Shown here piece after piece: positions 27,034-34,433 of a stretch of 64,000 bases of DNA. The DNA comes from a virus. The stretch is taken from positions 52,841 to 116,840 of the IMG/VR virus record IMGVR_UViG_3300025133_008097. One strand, written 5' to 3'. The position numbers and the translations under genes were made by a program. The notes under the pieces are model-generated. The model saw only the letters and a list, made by a program, of their open reading frames with translations. It searched no databases and was not told where the DNA came from. Within the stretch, counting starts at the first letter, position 1, and the number at the start of each line of letters is the position of its first letter.

Positions 27034-28995
27034 ATGGCAGGCAAAAACGGAAGTAACCCGAGAAATCCAGATTCTCCATTATTTAAGAGATTAACTAGAT
27101 TATTCTCGGGCCCCATTGTAAACTATCGAGCTCAAATCGCTCGACAAGAACGCCGTAATGATTTAGATAAGTATCGATATCGTTTCCGTTCACTGAGCGG
27201 TCAAGAGTTCAAGCGCGCCACAGACAATCTTTCCAAGAATTATAATCTCTTGTCATCGCATGCGATGCGCAACCAGAACCGCGGGGAGAGATACCAAGAC
27301 TTTGATCAGATGGAGTATATGCCAGAGATCGCTTCAGCAATGGATATCTATGCCGACGAGATGACGACGTCTAATGAGTTTGACCAGCTTCTTACAATAG
27401 ACTGTCTTAATCTTGAAATTAAGACCATTTTAGAAACTCTTTTTTATGATGCATTAAACATCGAGTTTAATGCTTTTGGTTGGGCCCGCTCAATGGTTAA
27501 GTTTGGAGATTTCTTTTTATATTTGGATGTCGACGAGCAGATCGGCGTCAAATCAGTTATCGGATTACCCAGTTCTGAATTAGAGAGACTAGAAGGACAG
27601 GACCCGACAAATCCAAATTATGTACAGTTCCAGTGGAACGGCGCTGGTATGACCTTTGAAGATTGGCAGGTCGCTCATTTTCGTATTTTAGGTAATGATA
27701 AGTATAGTCCTTATGGGACATCAGTCCTGGACTCCGCCCGCCGCATCTGGCGCCAGCTTGTGTTAATTGAGGATGCCATGATAGCATACCGCGTAGTGCG
27801 TGCCCCCGAACGTCGGGTCTTTAAGATTGACGTAGGAAATATTCCACCGCAGGATGTCCCCCAATACATGGAGAAGGTGAAGACCGAGATGAAGCGTAAC
27901 CAAATGGTGAACGCTTCTACTGGTCGCGTAGATTTGCGTTACAATCCTCTATCTCTAGAAGAGGACTATTTCATTCCGATGCGGGGCGGGGTGGGCTCCG
28001 ATATTACTTCGCTACCTGGCGCCAAATCTTTGGATGATATTGAGGATGTTAAGTATTTGAGAGACAAGCTGTTCGCAGCCCTTAAGGTGCCGCAGTCTTA
28101 CCTCACCAACCTAGACGGAGACAACGAAGACAAAACTACGTTAGCTCAAAAGGACATTCGGTTTGCCCGAACCATCCAGCGCCTTCAGAGAGCCCTGATT
28201 TCTGAACTAGAAAAAATCGCAGTTGTTCATCTTTATACTATTGGCTTCCGGGGCGAGGACCTGGTGAGTTTTAAATTAGCTCTCAACAATCCCTCCCGGC
28301 TTGCGGAATTACAGCAACTGGAGTATATGCGTACCAAGTTTGATATTGCAAACTCGGTTCCCGAAGGGGTCTATAGCAAGCGTTGGCTTTCCAAAAACAT
28401 TTTGGGAATGTCGGACGAAGAATTCTTGCGCAATCAACGAGAGTCCTTTTATGATAAGAAATATCAGCAAGCTCTCGAAGGAGTACAAGAACAAGCGGCC
28501 GCAGACGAGATGGGCGGGGGTCTAGGCGGCGATCTTGGAGGCGACCTCGGAGGAGACCTCGGAGGAGATCTCGGTGGCGAAGACCTTGGAGGCGCCGCAG
28601 GAGGCGAAGAAGGGGGCGCCGAAGGAGGTGAAGACTCTGCACTTCTGACAGCTCCTGCTCGCCGCGAGGATCGACCTGGCCCGGCCCAAGATAGAATCTC
28701 GCGCCGACCAGACGGCCGTCGCGCTGGCGGCCCTTCGCGTCGCCATCTTCGAAGTCTTGTGGCCCCCGAAGTTCCCACTGGTCGAGCAGAGAAACGACGC
28801 GTCGGCCATTCCATTGGTCGCGTTGGTGTACCCGATCTTCGAGCCTTAGTTAGTCTACAAGAGAATGATGCATCTATTTATACTAAGGACGAGGCAGTAT
28901 TAATGGAAAGTACCACCAACATCCAGCGACTTATAGCTCAACTGGAGAGCAAAGAGAAAGAGGCGGAACAGGATGAAACACAACAAGAAACGTAA
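27034..28995 (+). CDS. gp20: Portal protein (T4 gp20-like) with low-complexity C-terminal extension
   Basis: YGTSVLDSARRIWRQLVLIEDAMIAYRVVRAPERRVFKIDVGN, EDYFIP and YLRDKLFAALKVP motifs. Directly follows terminase. Confidence 0.95.
   Translation: MAGKNGSNPRNPDSPLFKRLTRLFSGPIVNYRAQIARQERRNDLDKYRYRFRSLSGQEFKRATDNLSKNYNLLSSHAMRNQNRGERYQDFDQMEYMPEIASAMDIYADEMTTSNEFDQLLTIDCLNLEIKTILETLFYDALNIEFNAFGWARSMVKFGDFFLYLDVDEQIGVKSVIGLPSSELERLEGQDPTNPNYVQFQWNGAGMTFEDWQVAHFRILGNDKYSPYGTSVLDSARRIWRQLVLIEDAMIAYRVVRAPERRVFKIDVGNIPPQDVPQYMEKVKTEMKRNQMVNASTGRVDLRYNPLSLEEDYFIPMRGGVGSDITSLPGAKSLDDIEDVKYLRDKLFAALKVPQSYLTNLDGDNEDKTTLAQKDIRFARTIQRLQRALISELEKIAVVHLYTIGFRGEDLVSFKLALNNPSRLAELQQLEYMRTKFDIANSVPEGVYSKRWLSKNILGMSDEEFLRNQRESFYDKKYQQALEGVQEQAAADEMGGGLGGDLGGDLGGDLGGDLGGEDLGGAAGGEEGGAEGGEDSALLTAPARREDRPGPAQDRISRRPDGRRAGGPSRRHLRSLVAPEVPTGRAEKRRVGHSIGRVGVPDLRALVSLQENDASIYTKDEAVLMESTTNIQRLIAQLESKEKEAEQDETQQET
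28513..28593 (+). repeat. GGDL tetrapeptide tandem repeat in the portal tail
   Basis: GGGL-(GGDL)x4-GGEDLGG, 12-nt period. Confidence 0.85.
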
Positions 28996-29785
28996 TACTG
29001 CATTTATTTATGAAGCTCTTGTTAAAGAGTTTACAAAGGCGGTGCTAGAGACCAATCTTCCCCGTAAAGATATAGCCATGGCAATTCTTAAGGAACATTT
29101 TTCGAAGGGCACTCTTTTGGCTGAAGAACTGCAGTTGTACCAGACTTTACTCGAAACTAAAAATGTGAAGAGTGATTTGGCGGAGCGTCTTCTTAGTGAG
29201 ACCCGGGCCGCACGAAAGGCTCTCAACGAGGCAACCCTTTTTGATGCTCAGTCTAAAGTGATTGCTGCAATTAATAAAAATCTAGGCTCTGAAGTTTGGG
29301 CAAATTTTGTTCCCAACTTTAAAACCTTGGCGTCTATTAGTTCGATTTTTAATACCAAAGCTACCGTTAAACAGAAGGTATTGTTTGAACAAGCACTTAT
29401 AGATCGTATGACGCGCCGCCATGAACCCCACACAGAAGATCTGAAATCGATAGATAATTTGACTTATCGATCCTTTATTAAAAAATTTAATAATAAATAT
29501 AGTGGACTTTTAGAGGAACAAAAAGATTTTCTTAATAGATATATTACCTCATTCGCGGATGAGGGGTTTGAGCTGCGTGTCTATCTCAACGAGGAAATTG
29601 CAAGACTTAAAAGTCTAATTAGTAAAACGGTTGAGGATAGCACTGCTGATACGCTCATTCGCGAAAAGTCACAAAGTGTGGTGACGTATTTAGAAAATAT
29701 TAGAAAGCGCGAGTTTGTGCCGGATGATATTACTAAGCTGCTGAAGACTCAGGCCTTGGCAAAGGAACTGGTAAACAATGATTAA
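28973..29785 (+). CDS. Hypothetical head-morphogenesis-region protein
   Basis: 270 aa, helical, overlaps the portal stop. CTATTTA lies at 28874 upstream. Confidence 0.55.
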   Translation: MKHNKKRNTAFIYEALVKEFTKAVLETNLPRKDIAMAILKEHFSKGTLLAEELQLYQTLLETKNVKSDLAERLLSETRAARKALNEATLFDAQSKVIAAINKNLGSEVWANFVPNFKTLASISSIFNTKATVKQKVLFEQALIDRMTRRHEPHTEDLKSIDNLTYRSFIKKFNNKYSGLLEEQKDFLNRYITSFADEGFELRVYLNEEIARLKSLISKTVEDSTADTLIREKSQSVVTYLENIRKREFVPDDITKLLKTQALAKELVNND

Positions 29786-30284
29786 GATCAAGGTCGGCGG
29801 CCCCCAAGCAACAGTTGAACTCAACGCGCGAAAGGCGCTGGATGGGTCGCTGCTGGTTATGGATCATAAAAAGATTGATATCGCCGTTATACCAGAAAAG
29901 ATGAAAGTAGTCACCTTCCCTAAGACCACGGCTACGGAAGATGTGTATGATTACCAAAATCGCCTACTGGAATTGTTGGCCGACAAAGGAATTATCGATC
30001 GCGGAAGCATTCAGGGGGGGAATGTATTTCGATCCCTTGAGGGGGCTGTATTTCCTAATGAAGAGGTTAACTCATTGCAGGCCGCAGTTTATGTGATTGC
30101 GGAATTCATCAATTATGAAGCCAGTATCGAGAAGGTAGCAGATCAGTACGAGCAAGAACTCGAAGATATGTACACCCATCCGTCCGACCGAGATTCGACG
30201 GAGTACGGCGAAGTCCCGCAATATGCGGAGAAAGGGTCTATGCGTCCTGGGTATTATTACTATCCGTTACGCTACCGATATTAA
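29778..30284 (+). CDS. Hypothetical protein
   Basis: 168 aa, coupled to its neighbours. Confidence 0.55.
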   Translation: MIKIKVGGPQATVELNARKALDGSLLVMDHKKIDIAVIPEKMKVVTFPKTTATEDVYDYQNRLLELLADKGIIDRGSIQGGNVFRSLEGAVFPNEEVNSLQAAVYVIAEFINYEASIEKVADQYEQELEDMYTHPSDRDSTEYGEVPQYAEKGSMRPGYYYYPLRYRY

Positions 30285-30605
30285 ATGGAATTAATACATT
30301 TTATACTTGCCGCTTACGGCATGACATTCATCCTTATACACGGACATATCTTTAATAAGATCCGGCCACCTTGCAAATCGATGTGGGGCTTCGGCCGTTT
30401 GTTCCATTGTCATTTGTGTATGGGATTCTGGGTTGGAGTGTTTCTTTGGGGCGTAAGTCCATATACAGAACTATTTAGTTTTAGCAATCAGCCCATGACA
30501 GCATTCATGTGCGGTTGCATTAGTGCTGGAACATCATACTTCTTAAGTATGTTGGTCGAGGACTACGGGATCCGAGTGGTCCATAAAGGAGGTGAGCAAT
30601 CATGA
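30285..30605 (+). CDS. Small membrane protein with CxxC (DUF1360-like by eye)
   Basis: Three hydrophobic segments, FHCHLCMGFW motif. Confidence 0.5.
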   Translation: MELIHFILAAYGMTFILIHGHIFNKIRPPCKSMWGFGRLFHCHLCMGFWVGVFLWGVSPYTELFSFSNQPMTAFMCGCISAGTSYFLSMLVEDYGIRVVHKGGEQS

Positions 30606-30652
30606 AAAAATGGATGATCCAACCAGTTCGACGTTGCTGCTCCGGCAGTTGA
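30602..30652 (+). CDS. 16-aa microprotein MKKWMIQPVRRCCSGS
   Basis: SD TAAAGGAGGTGA ends 6 nt before ATG 30602. ATGA overlap with the upstream stop. Confidence 0.55.
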   Translation: MKKWMIQPVRRCCSGS

Positions 30653-30673
30653 CTACTTTAAAGGAATAATATA

Positions 30674-31426
30674 ATGGCACGCAGAAAAAATGTAAAACGA
30701 ATAGACCCAAGATACTTCTTGCACGAGACAGTTAATCGTGAGGAAGAACCCTTAGAGGAGTTTTTGGGCTTCTCGAAGAAAGAGAAGCTCGCGAAGAAGG
30801 TTAAGAAAATCCTTGCGATGATCGACAAGGCCGGGGGAAAGTACAACAACCGGCCAGTCCACGACTTCATCAAAGAACCTTTTGCTATAGCTATAGCCAA
30901 GGGCGCCAATCCGCGCACCGCAAAGATGAGCTACCCGGAGGCTCTGGATGCCTTCGACCTTGAGCAAGAAGAACTTCAAGCTTTGAAACAAGTTTATGTG
31001 GACGAAGTGGGGGCAGCGAAAGAGCGAGAGGCAGCGCGCGCCAAGGACAAGCGTATGTCTGCCCAAAGAGACCAGCGAAATATCGATGCAATCAGTCAGC
31101 GAGACAAGGACGCCCGGGCCACAGCACAAGGCGCCGAAGACCTTAAAGATGTCTTCAGAAGTTTTGACAGGGCTCGCGGTTCACTCAAAAAGAATATGAA
31201 ATCGGGTCAGCCCGGTCTTGCCAAAGAGCTTTTAAGAAATGCAGAGATGGTTCAGAAGTACGCTCAGGGTCGCGACAAGCAGGAGCTTGCCAAGGTAATG
31301 CAGGCTCTGGAGAAGTTTGCCGGCGAGGCTGGGATTGAACAACGCCACCGCGATCGTCCGAGCACTTCTAGAACGGGCGGCTATGGTTCCTCAGCCACCG
31401 ACAAGTATCGGTGGCATAAGGAATAA
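30674..31426 (+). CDS. Charged helical protein with MARRKNVKRIDPRYFLHE leader (putative internal head protein)
   Basis: SD AAAGGA. Basic leader ends in LxE. Lies immediately before the prohead protease. Confidence 0.5.
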   Translation: MARRKNVKRIDPRYFLHETVNREEEPLEEFLGFSKKEKLAKKVKKILAMIDKAGGKYNNRPVHDFIKEPFAIAIAKGANPRTAKMSYPEALDAFDLEQEELQALKQVYVDEVGAAKEREAARAKDKRMSAQRDQRNIDAISQRDKDARATAQGAEDLKDVFRSFDRARGSLKKNMKSGQPGLAKELLRNAEMVQKYAQGRDKQELAKVMQALEKFAGEAGIEQRHRDRPSTSRTGGYGSSATDKYRWHKE

Positions 31427-31429
31427 ACA

Positions 31430-32035
31430 GTGGCACAACTCCTACGAGAATACTATGAACTATGCGAAGGCGGTATCTGTCAGGATCTGCTGACGGAAGC
31501 CGAAAAGCGTTTCGTCAAAGAAGGCGGAATGATGCTCACCGGCAAACTTCAGGAGTGTGATGTTCAGAACGGTAACGGTCGAGTATACCCGGCGCCGATT
31601 CTCACTCGGGAAGTGAAGAAGTATGCGGGGATAGTGCAAGACAATCGGGCCCTAGGAGAACTAGATCATCCTGAGTCTTCTATTATTAACCTCACCAACG
31701 TTTCTCACATGATGACGGAAGTTTGGATGGACGGCCCGAGCGTGATGGGGAAGGCTAAAGTTCTCAATACACCATCAGGTCAGATACTCCGTTCTCTGGT
31801 GGAGTCAGGCGTTAAGATCGGAATCTCTTCTCGTGGTATGGGCTCGGTTACTGAACAGCAGGGCAAAACGATGGTAGAGGATGACTTTCAATTGATCTGT
31901 TTTGATATTGTATCAGAACCGTCGACGCCCAACGCCTTTATGGGACTTTCTGAAAGTAAGTTAATGAATGAAAATGTGGCGCGCAACAACCGGATCGTAG
32001 CGCTACTCAACGATATTATTGGAGAAGGGTCATGA
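31430..32035 (+). CDS. gp21: Prohead core protease (T4 gp21-like)
   Basis: NGNGRVYP, GELDHP (His), GISSRGMGS (Ser) and FDIVSEPS motifs. Confidence 0.93.
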   Translation: MAQLLREYYELCEGGICQDLLTEAEKRFVKEGGMMLTGKLQECDVQNGNGRVYPAPILTREVKKYAGIVQDNRALGELDHPESSIINLTNVSHMMTEVWMDGPSVMGKAKVLNTPSGQILRSLVESGVKIGISSRGMGSVTEQQGKTMVEDDFQLICFDIVSEPSTPNAFMGLSESKLMNENVARNNRIVALLNDIIGEGS

Positions 32036-33183
32036 TGACTGAAGAAGAGATTGCAGTTTTTGAGGGGAAGATAGCGAATTGGTTTTCGGGAGCTTTTAGT
32101 CAAGGCCGCCGCAAAGGATCACCCCCGGCAATGCCTAAGGCTTCCGGCGGAGCACCCTCTCCCACGACACCAGATCCCGATCCGGGCCCCGGCCCGGGCA
32201 CTGATCCAGGTCCAGACCCCGACCCCGGGCCAGAGCCCGGGCCAGAGCCCGGGACCACCGAATTAAGTAAAGATGCTCCTCTTTCTATAACTAAGCGCCA
32301 GCCGCAACTTCGCGTGGGCCCCGGTAATAACCCCCAACAACAAGCTGCCGGCGGACAAAAAGAGGCGCCCCTGGTGATGCAGCTGCAAAAGCTTGGCCTA
32401 TCACAGCCCGTCGCCCAGCAGCTTGCTAAGACAATAGCGCAGTACTTTAAGCGGCGCACTGATATATCAGTTCCTGTCGCTGAAGAAATTGCGGCTTTGA
32501 TGATGCCGGTGCTGGTGGAGCAGTTAGTTAAGGGTCTCATGAATGAGGCGCGCCCCGAATATCGAAAGCGATTTGACAGCTCTTTAAGAGGAATCAAAGC
32601 CGCTAAAGCAAGACTTACGAAGGCGGAGAAAGAACATGAGGCCTCAGCAGACAAACGCTTTACTCGTGATGAACTTCGTGCCGCTAAAGCTAATTTTGAA
32701 ACGGCCGCGGCAGGATATGAGGCTATTGAGAAAGATTTAGAGGGACTTAAGCACTCCGAAAAAGGCGCCAAAGCTGCAAAAGCTTTGGACAAGCAGCGTC
32801 AAGGCGCACGCATTCGTGGGATGGGTGGCAAGGATACTGGCCATGCGGGTTCATCTCGGGCTAAAGGTATCATCGACAAAATTCTCACCCGTTTCGTTGC
32901 GGACAACCAGCAGCTTCTGGCGAAGGATGAAAAACTACAGGCCATTTTCTCGGGTGACGACGATGGTCGCGCACTCAATGCGTTGCGCAAATCTATCATT
33001 AATTTGCTTCGACGTCAAATGAAGCGCCGCGGCTACGATGCCGCTGAGATTAAAAAGTTAGTAAACGAATCTGTTTTAATGGTGGGCAGGTTTATACTAG
33101 AAGAGATGACAACTAACGAAAAAATCCGAATGCTGGAAGAGAATCGACTAAATCGATGGAAAGTATTATCAGGCATTAAATGA
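32032..33183 (+). CDS. Hypothetical head-region protein with a Pro/Gly/Asp linker and scaffold-like C-terminus
   Basis: PDPDPGPGPG...PEPG at 32170-32253. Ends RLNRWKVLSGIK. Confidence 0.55.
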   Translation: MMTEEEIAVFEGKIANWFSGAFSQGRRKGSPPAMPKASGGAPSPTTPDPDPGPGPGTDPGPDPDPGPEPGPEPGTTELSKDAPLSITKRQPQLRVGPGNNPQQQAAGGQKEAPLVMQLQKLGLSQPVAQQLAKTIAQYFKRRTDISVPVAEEIAALMMPVLVEQLVKGLMNEARPEYRKRFDSSLRGIKAAKARLTKAEKEHEASADKRFTRDELRAAKANFETAAAGYEAIEKDLEGLKHSEKGAKAAKALDKQRQGARIRGMGGKDTGHAGSSRAKGIIDKILTRFVADNQQLLAKDEKLQAIFSGDDDGRALNALRKSIINLLRRQMKRRGYDAAEIKKLVNESVLMVGRFILEEMTTNEKIRMLEENRLNRWKVLSGIK

Positions 33184-33614
33184 AAAAATCAGACCTAAAA
33201 AGAATCCTCAAGCCTCTTATTCGAGAGTGTGTAAAAGAGGTGATTTTGGATGAGGGAGTTCTTGCCGGAGTAATTTCAGAGGTGGCCGTGGGCCTAACTG
33301 CCACCCACTCAACTGCCCCACCCATTGTGGAACAGGCAGACCCGGTCCGGGAGCGACTGCAGCAGAATGCTTTTTCCAACAAACAGAATAGCACATTAAA
33401 ACAGCAAAAACAGCAGTTAATGCAAGCGGTGGGAAGGCAAGCCTATAACGGCGTCGATCTCTTTGAGGGGACCACCCCGGCTCCTGCGCAGGGAAGTGTG
33501 ACTCAGCCCGGAGGGGACCCTTCGCATGCGGGGGTAGATATTAGCAGCTTGTTTGGGTCAGTCGGAAAAAATTGGAATGCTCACATGGACAATGTGAAGG
33601 AAGATACACAATAG
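33180..33614 (+). CDS. Hypothetical protein, leader MKKSDLKRILKPLIRE (distant variant of the shared leader)
   Basis: ATGA coupling. Basic amphipathic N-terminus with IRE/LDE sites. Confidence 0.5.
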   Translation: MKKSDLKRILKPLIRECVKEVILDEGVLAGVISEVAVGLTATHSTAPPIVEQADPVRERLQQNAFSNKQNSTLKQQKQQLMQAVGRQAYNGVDLFEGTTPAPAQGSVTQPGGDPSHAGVDISSLFGSVGKNWNAHMDNVKEDTQ

Positions 33615-33618
33615 AATT

Positions 33619-33840
33619 ATGGCCACCAATGTTAGCGTCCAACAGCGACGCAATGAAACATCTGAGCGATTAATCAGGCGATTTATTAAAAAAGTTAAAA
33701 ACGAGAAGATTCTCGAAACCTATCGGGATCGAACAGCTCACTATATTAAACCATCAGTTAAGCGAAAGCTGAAACAGAAGAAGGCCCGGAAGGCTCAGGA
33801 GAAGCTCGAAAGGCGTAAACAACAAAAAATGTTTCGTTAA
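33619..33840 (+). CDS. rpsU: Ribosomal protein bS21 homologue
   Basis: 73 aa, very basic. RNE..ERLIRRF.KKV....IL..YRDR..HYIKPSVKRK..QKKAR matches the bS21 pattern ENE..DxALRRFKR.....VL.E.RRR.FYEKP..ERK....A. Confidence 0.85.
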   Translation: MATNVSVQQRRNETSERLIRRFIKKVKNEKILETYRDRTAHYIKPSVKRKLKQKKARKAQEKLERRKQQKMFR

Positions 33841-33855
33841 AGGGCGGCCCTACGA

Positions 33856-33862
33856 CTAATTA
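33856..33862 (+). promoter_or_regulatory. Putative late promoter motif CTAATTA
   Basis: Intergenic, 25 nt upstream of ATG 33881. Confidence 0.55.
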
Positions 33863-33880
33863 ATTACGGAGAGATTTATA

Positions 33881-34318
33881 ATGCCACCATTTCAATATAA
33901 AGCCGGACTTCATAACGTAGGGTCCTATCAGGTGTCGGGCCGCCCATGGGCAACCGGCAGCATCAACTGTCGCAAAGATACGATGGAGATCGCCCAACTT
34001 GATTTTCCTACTGTTACATCCTTTGTTGTTATTTCTAATATGGACAGCGCCAACAATAATGTTCGCGTTGGATTTTCAAGTGGAGGCGTCGCCGGGTTAG
34101 GCGCCGCCGGGAACAATAACAATTACTTGGAACTCCCCCCCACGAGTGGGTCGGGACCCCTGCACTTGGATCTTAAGTTGACTCAACTGTTTTTAAGTGG
34201 ATCCGATAATGTTTCGGTGATCGCTGGCCTGACGGGTATTGAAAGTGGATCAATTGATACCAATCCCAATAATTCTCCAAATGGCCCCAATTGGTCTGGC
34301 TCTGCCGGTATTGGCTAA
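33881..34318 (+). CDS. Small beta-rich virion protein (possible capsid decoration)
   Basis: 145 aa, Ser/Gly/Asn-rich, with its own late motif and SD, in the head cluster. Confidence 0.45.
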   Translation: MPPFQYKAGLHNVGSYQVSGRPWATGSINCRKDTMEIAQLDFPTVTSFVVISNMDSANNNVRVGFSSGGVAGLGAAGNNNNYLELPPTSGSGPLHLDLKLTQLFLSGSDNVSVIAGLTGIESGSIDTNPNNSPNGPNWSGSAGIG

Positions 34319-34395
34319 TGGGAACGTTGGGGCTATGGTAAAAGATGGTATGCGACACGAACGTTACTCAATCAGGGAGGCACGTATCTTACAGA

Positions 34396-34402
34396 CTATC
34401 TA
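34396..34402 (+). promoter_or_regulatory. Putative late promoter motif CTATCTA
   Basis: Intergenic, 38 nt upstream of ATG 34434. Confidence 0.5.
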
Positions 34403-34433
34403 GTTATCATGAGCAACTAAGCGGGGTAACTGA

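Noticed and set aside
34316-34420. Open frame continuing past the TAA of 33881..34318 and a 7-codon ORF MGTLGLW
   Set aside because: No SD or readthrough context, and the region contains the late motif for the next gene.
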